Source: Macrostomum hystrix (taxonomy: Eukaryota; Animalia; Platyhelminthes). From it: DNA of 64,000 nucleotides. The notes under the pieces are model-generated. The model was given only the letters and a program-made list of their open reading frames with translations, did no database searches and had not been told where the DNA came from. Of this stretch, positions 10,695-24,100 are shown piece after piece. The position numbers were made by a program, and so were the translations under genes. Position 1 is the stretch's first letter, and every line of letters begins with the position of its first letter. The DNA is taken from the NCBI GenBank assembly GCA_950097015.1, contig CATNEN010000001.1, positions 4,774,001-4,838,000 of the forward strand. The letters are read 5' to 3'.

Positions 10695-13018
10695 TCGGGT
10701 AGGAATCGTTCGTTTGCTTTTGCGTTGCCAAGGAAACGAATTCCCCTACCCGATAAGCAGGTAGGGCTTGCTGCATTCTATTGGACAGTGAAAATTGCAT
10801 AAAATAGTTCGAACAATCGCCCAGTCGCTCCCGCCAAGCCAGGACAGTGTAAATAAATAGTAGTTGAAAATGAATTTCAAAGCAGTCTTTGTTCTGCTGT
10901 TAGTCCGCACAGTCGGTGAGTGTTGCAGTAGTTCTCAAATCTGTGCTCAATTTTTGTCTGCTCATGTTTAAGCCACTATTCTTACTCTGCATTTGCTTTT
11001 AGCGTCGGTTGCTGGCAACTCGATCGGTTTAACAAGTCGCAAATACGAACTCGTTGCCAATGGTTCCATCCTGATTGACGGCTCGTTGAACTGCAGCCTG
11101 CTCAACGAATCCGGTATCCGCTCAGAGGGCGAGTGCCTGGCAAAGTGTGAGCAGAGAGGCTGCATTGTCGCGGTCGTGAATGAGCTCAGGCAAGTCTGCC
11201 ACTTGGCGGTCATCAAGGACATCCCTGCTGACCGTCAGAGGCCTGGGGACAGCAACTCGACGAATCTGCTGCTGACTGCCAATGGCACCACAAGGCTGTG
11301 GAAAGCGGATTTCAAAATGCCTTCTATTCCTTCGGTGTTTCATGAGTTTCGAAGTGAGTGACAAATTATTCACAATCAAGGCTTATCTTGACAGAAATGC
11401 CAGAAAATCAAACTTTTTACTCCAGACAGCAGCACTGGCAAGCTTGGAGTCGTCCGAAATTTAACCATCAATTTCACCGGCTGCTACCACATCCAGGCCT
11501 TCGGAGCCTCCGGGGGCTCTGTGCTCTCTGCAGTAGCAATCAGAGCAGGCAGGGGGGCATCAGCCGCTGGCAGCTTCCTTCTCTCCGCAGGCACCCGACT
11601 CGAAATTGTGGTTGGCCAGGCTGGCGAGCCTACCACGTGCAACTGCGGTACAGGCGGCGGCGGTGGCAGCTTCGTGTACGCCAGCAACGACAGTCCACGG
11701 TTGCTCCTGGCGGCCGGCGGAGGTGGCGGAATGGGCTCTACTCGCAGCGGTGAGTTCAGTATTTTGAGTAGGGGTTGAGTCACGTAGCGATAGCAGTCCA
11801 AGTCTACATTCACGATGTACTAAGCCAATTTTGCTCTAGGCATGGATGGGAGCAGCGGTACCAACGGAACGGCCTCAAATACGTCAAATCCGCTCTTTAT
11901 CGGCTGGGGCGGTAATGATGGACAGCCGGGCCAGGTTGCGATCAACCAGGATACAGATGCTCCAGTCCCCATCGGCGGCCCCGGAGCTGGCTGGAACGGC
12001 ACCGGCATTCAGTCTAGTGAAACCTATTCTGGCCTAGCAGGGCTGAGCCGCAGCGGCGGATGGCTCGGGGGTGTCAAATGCTTAGATTGCAGCACCGGCG
12101 ACGGCGGCTTCGGTGGAGGCGGCGCCGGCGGAGGTAGCTGCGTCACTAGCAAATACGGCAGTGCCGGCGGTGGTGGAGGCTTCAGCGGCGGCGGCACAGG
12201 GTCTACCGTAGACAGTGGCGGAGGCGGCGGCGGCTCATTCTGCAGCGGGTTCGGTTGCGTCACCACCGCTGGCGCTAACCTTGAGTTACACGGCCGAGTG
12301 GTCCTAAATTCGACAGGAGCCGTGTGTGTGTGAAGCTTAGCACTGTCAGTGCCCACAGTTAGACTTTGAGCTAGAAACTAACGAAGACTGCAAGAACGAG
12401 TTTTAGACCCCGGCGTACCCCCTTAATACCACTCCGCACAAGTACACACTGACCCCTCATACCCATTCCCACACCAACACACTGACCTGAACCTTCATAC
12501 CCCTTCTCAGCCCTAGACACTCCCCAAATATTTTTCATTCAGCGAAAAGCGAACTGACCTTATTATTTAGCATGACAATTACAAAAAAATTCACCAACTA
12601 CTCTGACTGCGATTGACGTCTTCAATGACATCTTCAAGGAATTCAAAAGACGACTACCAAATAACCAACAAAATCTTTTTTGTATAGGCTACCTATCTGA
12701 TTGTCTTTGCAGAAAAGCCGCAGGCCGTGTGAGTAAGATAATTTATTCTTTTATTTATAAGCAAACCAATGCATGACTGGCCGTAACATTTGTTAATGAC
12801 GAAGGCCAGCACCAGTACTTAACCTCCCCTACTAAACGCGATTATTGCAACGAAAAAATACTTTTTATACGTTTAAATACAATCCAACTGAGGACTATGC
12901 ACTGTCTTGCAAGTGTGTAAGCTATTGGAGGATCTTCAAGAATTTTCGTTTCAACATTTATGAGGAATGTACAAAGGCGTATTCTTAAACGGAGAATATT
13001 TTTTTAACTTCATGTGAC
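10695..13018. repeat. Direct segmental duplication, copy B (partner 3676-6270)
   Basis: See copy A. Confidence 0.95.
10870..12333 (+). CDS. Secreted PAN-like + ALK/LTK-type glycine-rich protein, copy 2; exons 10870-10915, 11003-11353, 11426-11749, 11840-12333
   Basis: Same exon structure as copy 1 at +7019, intact frame, a few substitutions. Confidence 0.85.
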
Positions 13019-13099
13019 TTCTGCTTCCTTCGTTCCCGTCCTCGGTGGGCCTCGCCTCAGTGATCACGTCCACGCCCTGATCCAGGAGACAAAGCTGGT

Positions 13100-13772
13100 C
13101 AAATACGAGGATTTCACCCCACCCACAAACTACTGCATCGCCGCCCGGGTCGATAAGATGACACTAAGAGCGTCAAACAGGGTGCCCAGCCGCGTCTGGA
13201 TGGTGCCCAACCACGCACCGCTGACGCCCAGCCACGCACTTCCGACGATATATCAACGAACCGTCGATGCGTGTTGCTGGCAGGCTAGTGGCCAGACCTA
13301 AGTGCCGCCTCCGGTTCCCATACGACCGAATCAACTGGTACCGAGGCTGCCGCTCAGATCGTACGGCCGGCTCCGAGCGTGAGAACCCGCTCCCATAGGC
13401 GCAAAATCAAATTCCAAACGGGGCCGAGCCGAGTGAAGAGTTGGTGGCGCAATAAGATGGCCTCGCTCCCAGCCGTTTACACTAAAAACTACAAAAAAGA
13501 CCGGCAGGGGCGGAGTCATCACCCTGGTGCGCCACGACGTACGTTACAGCCGTCTGTTTCAGCCGTCTGTCTTCCAACGACACCGCAGCTGATGAGGCTG
13601 TAGTCGCGTGACTCACTAGCTCATGCCGCGCAGCTCTGTCGACGATGGCGGCTAGTGAACACGAGTCCACGTCATGGTCCTTCAACAGCGCATCTCGCAC
13701 GGCAGAAGGCAGGAGGCGCAGGAGAAGCTTTTCACAGCTGGCTGACACGTCTGCCATCATTCCACATAGCAT
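13100..13772 (-). mobile_element. Possible Gypsy-type LTR retrotransposon gag/protease relic
   Basis: GC-rich insert starting right where the duplication homology ends. LLLRLLPSAVRDALL...LAAIVDRA resembles a gag capsid C-terminus, followed by a broken C..C...GHLIA knuckle and an LIDPG (DTG-like) motif. Heavily degenerate. Confidence 0.35.
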
Positions 13773-15154
13773 GACAAATTGAATTGTCTATGGCTTACAT
13801 TCTCGCGTGAATCCAAACATTTGGCCATAGAATTTTATGGGCCATTCCGTTTTGCATGTCCAATGTTCCCCATAGCACGACAAAAGCAATACTAATAGAC
13901 TACTAATTCTACTACTACGAGTAGTTTATATAGAGCGAGAAAACTGTTTCAGATTAAACCAGATTTTTTACTTTTCTTTCCGATGCTAACTAAATGCTTC
14001 GTCCTAGGTAAAATTATTTTTGGCCTGTGAGTTTAAGCTATACGCATTATTAGCAGTCCAATTTGTTCAGACGAGTAGAAAATGAAAACGCGTCATAGTC
14101 GGATTATTAATTTCGGAAATATTTGTGATTTTGAAAACTCAATTCGAACCTTCTTCACGCATGACCCACAGTCGCTACTTTTGACTTAATGTGTGCTTTA
14201 CCTCTGTGACCTAGGGCGTTAAACTATAGATTTTGCTTATTGCCTCTTTAATTTTTCACAAGTTTCAGTTCAGCTTTGAAAACGTTTTATTCGTCTCAAC
14301 TTTTAACAATTGCCTACAAACAAGGCAACCATGCAGGCAATAAAAGAAGCAAAACTTTGCCTAGATAATGAGATTTTTTAGTCTTTCTTTGCTAACAGAA
14401 ATACACCACACTATTAACATGATTTTAAGTTAATTGTAATGACTTAATTATAAAAAAGTGAATGGCAAAATAATAATAATAACTGCTGGAGAGCTGTGGG
14501 CAATGGCACATTATTTTGTGACACTAGACCCGCAGCCAGCAAGGTGGCAATTCTGCCCATTTCGCTGGCTCCTGAGCGCACAATCAGGGGGTGAGTGGGT
14601 CAGCGGCTAATGTCGCTGCCTCACTTTCCAATGGTCGCTGGTTCGTTCCTCCCTTCAAGTCACGATTATTTCGGGGCTTAGTTGGAGGTTTGCGAAGTAG
14701 TGACTTGCGGAGATGCACCTTATTCTGTGCAACCAAAGCTAATTTAAAATAATTAGCTTAGCGTTAAATAATTTAAATAATTTAGCGTTGGTCTTTTGCG
14801 AGAAGCAACGTTTCTCGTCTCTAATCTCGATTGACAGTTGGTCCAATTGTCATTGCGCTGCGCTCATTTCCTCCCCTAAAGGGCAAAATGTAATAAAAGT
14901 GTCCTGGGTAGCTTCTTCGGAGTATCATTTCCCAGCCCAGTGTTCCATATATAGCTTCTCTTCGTCAGCGTCGTCAGTGATCACATGCGCACTCTTCCTC
15001 GCCGCTTCCCTCTCTAGCACCAATTTTAATTGCAGCGTCAAGACTCTCCCTAACAAAACGAAACTGCTCAACTCGGAAAGAGTCCACGTGTCAAACTTAA
15101 CAGATCGTTTGTTGCGATCCGCAGGCAAGTGACACTAAAGTACTCATCGGGTAT

Positions 15155-15376
15155 TTAGAACCATCTAGGCGCATGGATAAACTGTGGAATTAACTGATTG
15201 ATGGAGATGTCATTTAACTCATCAACAGACATGATGCATGGAATCTTGGCAGTGTGAAGCCAACGAGTAAAAACGGCGACGGCCCACTTGTTTCGCTTGA
15301 TGGTGTTTACAGCATTCGTACTCTCATTAAGAGCTTTCACTGCATCAACCGCTTCGCGGTCACGAACAGCTCTCAC
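15155..15376 (-). mobile_element. Crypton (tyrosine-recombinase, ZMYM/KCTD1-related) N-terminal relic
   Basis: NAVNTIKRNKWAVAVFTRW...ELNDISINQLIPQFIHAPR resembles the NTxxxTxWAVxxFxxW...LxxFxxExR segment that precedes DUF3504 in CryptonA proteins. Confidence 0.5.
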
Positions 15377-16085
15377 TTCTTGAACAGAGTACGGATCACG
15401 TAAATCTAAACCGTCAACCAGAATATATTTTAAGTCGTGCTCCGTGATACGATTTGGATCTTAATCGCCGCACAAATTTTCCGTAAAGTTCACTAATGGA
15501 TTTATCAAGACTTGCCCTTCCATGTTTTCTTCCGCCTGAATGTTCAGTGTGTGTTCACGGGTTAGAGGTATTTGGAGAAGTGCCGTCGGCGTTGTACTAC
15601 TGTCACAACATGATAATTAGTTTCAACTAGTCGAGCTAGTACCACTTCTTATATCATCTCCAATTAACTGACCTGTAATTTATTCAATAAGCCTTGAAAA
15701 ATTGTCACTTGCTTTTACTTGTGGCCCTCATAGTCTAACTATTGTTTAAACTATTTTTACTATTTCCCAGAAAGTGAATGCATGCAGCTTTAGTCTTCGG
15801 TTGGTTTACTAAAGTTCTGTACAGATCGCTAAAAAAGCCCTTTGTTTGTTTATTTTTAAATTGCTTAGCGACGCCACTTCTCTCTCCCTCTCTCTCTAAA
15901 GCTGAAATATCAAGCTGAAACAGCACCCCAATCATCCCACTGAGGTACGCGGCGCTATTTCACCTGTGATTGGTCGACAGATTGTCTAAAGCATTGATTA
16001 AAATGCACAGTACTAGTCGTTGATTTCTTTACTAAGACGGTCTCCAAATTCAGAGCCTCAGCAACTGTTGTGCTACGACTTGGCA

Positions 16086-18290
16086 ATGCATCTTAAAGCA
16101 TTGGTTTCACTTCTACTCGTTCGTACTGTCGGTGAGTACTACTTCAGTCGACTTTGAGCAGTTCTCAAATTACAGTACATGTCTTTTATATTTGTTTCAG
16201 CTACTGAGTTTGGAAACAGTGGCTTCTGTCCAAAGGTGAAATTCGTCAATTTCAACGGGTCCGTATTAATAGGCGACGCCCTGAGCATCAGCCAGCTCAT
16301 TGGTAAAGGATTCGCGTCCCATTTCGAGTGCCTGATTTGGTGCGGGCGCAGATACTGCTCTGTTGCCGCGTTTAACAAGACCAGCCAAGTCTGCCAGCTC
16401 GTCCTCGTCAACAATGAGCCATCGGTCTCCAAGATAACCAAACCGCTGATCTTTTCCACTGACAGCTCCATCAGGGTGTGGATGACTGAAGACTTTGAGC
16501 TGCAGCATCGTACTCATCGTGCCTTGGATTACGTTTTAGTTTTTCGAAGTGAGTTTTTCTAAATTAATGAATTATTAGTTGCAGAGACTCGTGGGTAGGA
16601 GGAGGCAGTTTTGTCGATTCCGCTGACACCTGAGAACACTGCTATAAAGTTCTAGTCGTCAGGAGTGTAAATTCTCACTGTGCCTTGGGGTTTTGGCCCT
16701 CATTGGCGTGCATTGTACGTTAGATTATTAAAATCGGTGCGAAAGTATGACGCGTTGAAGATATAGAATTGCTTTGAATGTTGCAATTTCTATCAATACT
16801 TAATATTTTTAATCTAAACCGCCTCTTTCCTTTGAAGACAGCAGCACGGGCAGGCTGGGAGTGATCCAGAATGCCACGATCAACGTCAGCGGCTGCTACC
16901 GCATTGAAGCTCTCGGAGCCGCTGGAGGCAACGTCTCCAGATCAGATGACCTGCTCGATGACGGCTCGCATGTTTCTAATACTCAACCTGGCAGGGGCGC
17001 TTCTGCCAGTGGAAGTTTCAGCCTCTATGCCGGCACCCGGCTGTCAATCGTTGTGGGCCAAGCTGGCTCAGACTCCAGCTGCGATACCGGAGCAGGCGGA
17101 GGCGGCGGCAGTTTCGTGTACAACAGCGACGATAATCGCAATCCGCAGCTGCTCCTGGCTGCCGGTGGTGGCGGTGGATGTACCAGATATTACAATGGTA
17201 AATGCAGTTTTATTAAAATATCGTTTCGTGTTCAAAAAAACTGACTCATTGGTTTTGGAGGGATATTTTGATGTTTACTAATGAAGGTCGATTCTTGCAC
17301 GCCTTGAATGTCTATGACCAGGCCTTGCTAATATCTGTCTTGCTAAACTCACCATTATCTTCGGCCATAGACATTTGGGACGTGCAAAAAAGATTTATTG
17401 TCCTCCCAGTCTGTGCACCGTCGATTAAAAATGCTGCCAAAATGGTATACAGAAGTTGGTTAGCAAAAGGGGAACCGACGCTGCCGGCGTCCATAGCGCC
17501 GTCTTTCTACGGAGTGCCAGGAGGTAGAGAGTTGCTCGTCGAACCGTGGCCCTTAATGTATCAAACGAGCTGGCACAAGTTCTCAGGCCTGAAAACATCG
17601 GAGAGGTCCGGGTTTGACTGCTCAAGAGTAAATAGGTCAGCCGAAAGTAGTTAACGAGGCCGTGGTGGGCAAGCAGACCGATTTCGCGACAGAATTGATT
17701 CGCTGTCGGAGTGCCGGAAGGCATGCTCAATACAATCAATAGTTCTTATTAATTGAAACCAAATAAATAAATTCTCATTCTCAGGCATGGATGGCAGCAA
17801 TGAAACTAGTGGCTCGGAGTCAAACCCTTTCCAAGGAGTGATGAACGGATTCAAGACCGGCTATGGCGGAGTCGAAGGGCAGCCGGGCCTGGCTCCAGCT
17901 GAGATTCTCGCTTATCCCGACGACTCCTGTGGTGGTCCCGGCGCCGGTTGGTACGACTCGGCTGTCCCCTGCAACTTCTCCGACTATGGGGGTGCCGGCC
18001 TGAGCCGCATCGATGGCTGGCTCGGAGGAGCCCGACAATCCGACTGCAGCACTGGCGACGGAGGCTTCGGTGGAGGCGGCGCCGGCGGCGGCTGCTGCGT
18101 CTACAACCGCAAAGGCGGCAGCGGTGGCGGCGGCGGCTACAGTGGGGGAGGCGTCTCGAATTACTTCACTGATGCCGGCGGCGGCGGTGGTTCGTTCTGC
18201 AGCGGCTTCGGCTGCGTCACGGTCACCGGCGCCAACTCGGAGCAGCAGGGCCGGGTGCTGCTTAACAGGACTGGAGCTGCATGCGAGTGA
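16086..18290 (+). CDS. Secreted PAN-like + ALK/LTK-type glycine-rich protein, diverged copy 3; exons 16086-16131, 16201-16548, 16838-17197, 17785-18290
   Basis: MHLKALVSLLLVRTV signal exon, ECLIWCGRRYC...VCQL, GCYRIEALGAAGG, IVVGQAG, GGFGGGG, QGRVLL. Intron positions and phases are identical to copies 1 and 2. Confidence 0.85.
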
Positions 18291-21139
18291 GAGGCTACCA
18301 TATGGCAACCGTGTTAGGATATTTTCATAATAAAACTGGCCAAGTTTTCAAGTCTTTTTATCATGTTTTATTCGGAATTTTTTCATTTTGCCAGCTACGC
18401 AATTTTTTTAAATACAAATTTTGCTCTTATACTACTCCTATAAAACTAAAATTAATGTATAGACATGTCATCTGTCTTACATCAAACATCATACTTTGTA
18501 CGTAGTCATTCGCAGCATATAACGTTGTACAGGTGTAGCACAAGTCTTTTACGTAAATTTAGTAAGCCTACTCATTTTCAAACCTAAAAACTGCAATTAC
18601 GGCCGAAAAAATAAAACTGCTAAAAAATCACAAAAGCCTTTTAAAAAGACATTGTTGCATCCTTATAGCTCGTAATCAGCAAGGAGCTATAGCTATTGAA
18701 TTTTTATTTTTTAAAGAAGTTTATCTATGCGTGACCGAAAAACGACTGAGAATATCTGATTTTCCAGCTTCAACTACAGACCCAGAAGTCAACCAAGTGT
18801 AACACTGGCGCTCAATTTCACAGTCTCGATCCCTTCGGCACCCAGTCGTGCGCGACAAAGCGAGTGAACAATAGGATTACGCTTACATTGCATGTAACAG
18901 TAGGAAAATGTTGCTCGAGCTCTTTATATCTATCCACTGAATAGTCTAGCTAGTTTATCAGACAAGCGATGGCAAAAGGCTAGCCAGAGAAAAATATCAA
19001 AATAACACCGGCCCTAGCCTGGGCGACGATCCTCTGTTGACCTAAGACTTTTCCTTGCGTACTGGAAAGTCCCGCCTAAAAACACAAAAATCGTAACGCA
19101 TTATCAGAATCATTCTAACTCTTCTCAACTCCAGATTATTTTAATGCTACAATAAAAATAACTTGGATTATTGTTTAAAAATCAATAAAATGTAAGATTC
19201 AAGCCGTTAACTCTAGATCTAGTTATTAAAAAACTACTGAGCTGATGCTGGTGACACCGTAAAAGGGACGGATGTTTTTCGCTGGCTAGTTAATTGTACC
19301 CTAGCTTTTCGATAAGAGTTTTATGTTAAAGCCTAAGTTGTTTTGTTACCTGTTAAAAAACCTAAAGTGCGCTCAACCGTTCCTGCATTTGTTAACTACA
19401 GTTCAAGTTAGAAATAAACAAAACATTTGAATTTAAGTTTCTTGGAAGGCAGTCCACCAAGACTGTAATAACAGTGAATGTCAAAGTGACAAACAAATCG
19501 CAACCTGACATAATATATCGTTTTGTCAGTTTAAATTGCAGTAAATTGTGAGCTAGTCTGTCATCTTTCATCTGTAGATTGTCATCTTGGACAAAAAATA
19601 AAGTATATGTGAATTGTAATGTTAATTGTTAATGCGTGCAATGCATGGTCACCAGTCACCATTTTAAATTGTATGTCAGACTGGGAAAATAATTGAGGCA
19701 GCTAAAGTTGCATGCGCGAAATGACGTGATTATTTTACAGATCAAGTTATTTAGAATTTAATAACCCCTACTAAGTTGACTGGTACTGGTTATGGTTAAT
19801 TAGCAACGTAATGGGGTATGGTGATAATAAATAGCCTAATAACTAAATAATGATAGGCCTAATAATAAATTCTCCTGATATAAATTGGTACCTAAGGAAG
19901 TAATTATAAGCATTACTTGATCTATAGAGTTGAGACCTAAACTGTTGATGGACCAACTCCACTCTGTGCATCACTACTAAGAACATAAAAGAAATTTTTC
20001 CAATGAAAGTTGTTATTTGTCTAGTGAACCAGACAATTTGTTGTTTTGGATATTCGTCTGACTAACTGGACAAATAGCTATTTTTTGCCTAATGGAGCAG
20101 AAGCAAAAATGTATAACTGTAATACCTAGATTACCTTATTTATTTTTTGTTTTTATTCCTTAGAATGTGATTTATTTCATTAATGTGATACTGAAATGTA
20201 CAAATATAACGAAACAATATAAATTGATATGAATCAAATAAATCCAGTATCAAGAAGTTCTTGAGATTAGTTTGTGAATTGTGTTGCAATTAAATTACTT
20301 CTAAAAATTGTTTTGAAACTTGTTTATATCATTTATCATATTAATGTGATATTACAAAGTATAACAACAAAAAATCAATGGGCCTAAGGTAATCCATGTA
20401 TTACAGATATATATTCTGCCTTTGCTCCTTAAATACAAAACATTTGTTACTGAAACCATAGAAGCCAAAATGTCTCATTTATGTTGATTCTCATTAGTCT
20501 ACTCTTTATTAAGCTAGCTACACTACACTTAACCTAGATCTAGATGTAGTTTATTTTCATGGCTAGGAATGCTAATTTACAATTTTTACTGAAATTTCCA
20601 ACTTTATTGTTGATAAGATAAGTTTGTTCTAAAATTCTACTGTTGAAACATTCCAAAATTGTTGTTTGGCCAACTAAATATAATTCACAATGAAAACAAT
20701 TAGTAAATTGTCTGGTGGTACAGGTTATTAAGAAATTAATATTACTTCTGATAGCATTTATAGACTTATATCTAGGTCTAGGTACTCTACTCTAGGTGTT
20801 GTTGGCATATTTTGACATAGGAAATGCAATAAATATCTTCTAGTAAAAAACTTACTAATTTTTCATACCTTAATGTTAAATTTACTTGCTTACTAGTCTT
20901 CTAACTAGTTTTTTAGAAACGTGGATTTATTAATTTCATCTATTAGTGGTTTATTTAGCCAAGTCTTTTGAAAGTTGTGAATATACCAAAATCTGTAGAT
21001 TTTTTTTGTAAAATAATTGTTATGATGTAATAATTTTCTGTTTATTTTCTTGACTATATTTCAGGTTTTGCAACTTCTTACTAAGTGACCATAATAAATA
21101 TTTTAAGGTTGTTGCAGTAAAAGACAAACAGTAAACAAG

Positions 21140-24100
21140 ATGTCTCACTGGGACATTAGTGTGCACATGAGTCGGGCATTGCAAAACAGCAGCTTCCTAT
21201 CATATTCCCTGCTTGTTGCCGCCTCTGTTGTTGGCGCGTGGATCCTGTTCCAGAGGCGCGGTAGACGCGATCATGTAATCAGTGACTCATCTGTTAAGGT
21301 AACTTAATAATAGTAGATTTTCTGTATTTTCTCTACTTTAAGTAGCATGCATCATCGTAAAATACTCATTTTATTGCTACAGAGAGCGGTGCTTTCAAGC
21401 GACAGCCGAATGTCACTAAGAAGTCCGACCACTCGAAAATCAATGCCAACTGCAGTAGCCTGCTGTAGTAGCAGCGGTGGCCAATTCACCAAGGTACGAA
21501 TCTTCTATGCTAGTCAGCTAGGCAGGGCTAAGCATTTCGCTAGACTATTATCAGACGAAACTAGCTCTGTTCTGAATAAGCGACAGGGCGACCAATGCTG
21601 CAGTTCAAATGGCGATATTGATCATTCAAATGATAAATCAGCTACTAGTTCAGTTGAACTGGTGGATCTAGCCAGTTATGATCCAGAGGAATGCCTGCAT
21701 AAAGAGGTTAGTAAAGAATTTAAATGTATTTTTTATTTGCAAGCAATTAATTATTCTTATTATCAATTTAGATTTCAAGGATTTAGAAGTAGAATTTTAA
21801 TTTGACGGTTGATGCCTGGTTATGGTTAGGATTAGAATGGGATGGGACGGGATTGGATTTTAAGAACAGAAAGTAAAATTTCTATTTTGAGTTTTGGGAT
21901 TTAAAAACGGAAAGTGGGATTTTGGAGTCTTATAGGTCAAGAGGTTGGGATTTGGTAAGTGGAATTCAGATTTCAGATTTAGGGATTAGGAGTCAGAAGT
22001 AGGATTATTATAATTTTTATAGGATTCTAGGCAGTATAAGAGTATAAATCTGAAGCATGTCTTAACTCTCAACCTGCAGTCTGCGGACACCCTGTGCTAC
22101 TTTCTGTTGCCAACCTACGAAGGCGGCCAGCCAGCGCAACCCGGCGCCTGGTTCTGCAAGTGGCTTTCAGAGGCCGCTGAAGATTGGCGAGTTGAGCGCC
22201 AGCATCTGTCAAGGCTGAGATTTGTGGTCATCGGACTGGGCAACTCATTGTATGCCGAGAATTATAATACTGTGAGTTATCCGACTTATAACCTGACTGA
22301 AAGTCAACGCCTAAACTTACAGTCCCAGCCGACAAACCTGCAACTGCAACCCTTCAAGTCTACCTTTCAACCCTACAAGCTCACATAACAACCCAAAAAG
22401 TCAATCCTAAAATTCTGCCCTTCAACACTACAAGCCCACCCTACAGCCCTTATAGCCCACCATTCAACTACAATCCTACAAGCCCACCCTACAACCCTGA
22501 AAGCCAACCCTACAACTGCAACCCTACAAGCCCACCCTACAACCCTGCAAGCCAACCCTACAACTGCAACCCTACAAGCCCAGCCTACAACCCTGCGAGC
22601 CAACCCTACAACTGCAACACTACAAGCCCACCCTACAACCCTTAAAGCCCACCATTCAACTGCAACCCTACAAGCCCACCCTACAACCCTACAAGCACAC
22701 CCTACAACTACAATCCTACAAGCCCAACCTACAACCCTTACAGCCCACCATTCAACTACAATCCTACAAGCCCACCCTACAACTGCAACCCTACAAGTCC
22801 ACCCTAAAACCCTGCAAGCCAACCCTACAACTGCAATCCTACAAGCCCACCCTACAACCCTACAAGCACACCCTACAACTGAAACCATACAAACCCACCC
22901 TACAACCCTGCAAGCCCACCCTACAACTGAAACCTTACAAACCCACCCTACAACCCTGCAAGCCCACCCTACAACTGCAACCCTACAAGCCCACACCTAC
23001 AACTGCAACCCTACAAGCCCACACCTACAACTGCAACCCTACAAGCCCACACCTACAACCCTGCAAGCCCACCCTACAACTGCAACCCTACAAGCCCACA
23101 CCTACAACCCTGCAAGCCCACCCTACAACTGCAACCCTACAAGTCCACCCTACAAACCTACAAGTCCACCTAACAACCCTACAAGCCCACCCTTCAACGC
23201 CCACCCTACAACCCTACCCTACAAGCCACCATACCCTACAGAGAGAGAATGAGAGAATGTCAAAGAACTCTGTATAAATCTCGCACGCCCATTCACCAGG
23301 TTGCCAAGCGAGTTGATCATCAGCTGGCCCAACTATCAGCAGTTCGCATGCAGGCGCCAGTTCTTCTAGACGAAAACGTGGCCTCAGAAATTGGTCACGG
23401 CGGTCAAGAAGCCGATTTCTCCGCTGCTTTGCATACTCAACTGTTGGCGCCGTTGCTAAGCAGCATCTCCTGTTGCCAAGGCGACCGTAATGCAGAAGAG
23501 GAAGACTCTAATAACGAACAGTCGGACGCTGAATCAGCCGATGAAGCTGCGTCAAACCATTCGGACGAGCTAATCGACGTTGAAGATCTCGGCAATCGTC
23601 GCAGTCAGACAAATTCTAGCAAAGCTACTACTGCCAGTAGTAAAAGACCGATGGTGACGCCGTTAATTCGACAGTCCCTAGAGAAGCAGGGCTACAAACT
23701 CATTGGCAGTCATTCGGGCGTTAAACTATGCCGCTGGACTAAGTCCATGCTCCGAGGCCGGGGCGGCTGCTACAAGCACGCCTTCTACGGCATCGCTTCG
23801 CATCGCTGCATGGAAGCTACGCCGAGTTTGGCCTGCGCTAACAAATGCGTATTCTGCTGGCGGCATCACAGCAATCCGGTTGGCACCGAATGGAAATGGT
23901 TGGAGGATCCGCCTGAACAGATTCTCAATGGCGCTCTGGATGCTCACAGGTTTGTGCTCTATTTTGCTCCAATTTTATTGACTTATCAGAATATCTCCTC
24001 GATGAAATTTCCCATCTTAATGTGGGACTTCTTTTTTATCCGGATTTGATTTCTAGATTTCTACTGAGTTAGGGAGTAGCTTTCCAGGTTGATATCTACA

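Noticed and set aside
13589-13612. Hammerhead ribozyme core CTGATGAG
   Set aside because: No GAAA after a stem II and no closing stems.
17268-17739. ORFs inside intron 3 of glycine-rich copy 3
   Set aside because: No recognisable motif or compatible splice sites; probably a decayed insertion that I cannot classify.
18500-21060. Additional gene in the AT-rich spacer before TYW1
   Set aside because: No ORF or convincing exon chain; probably promoter, outron or 5' UTR intron.
22330-23240. Interstitial telomeric repeat
   Set aside because: Units are AACCCTAC-based rather than (CCCTAA)n and are embedded in a longer minisatellite.
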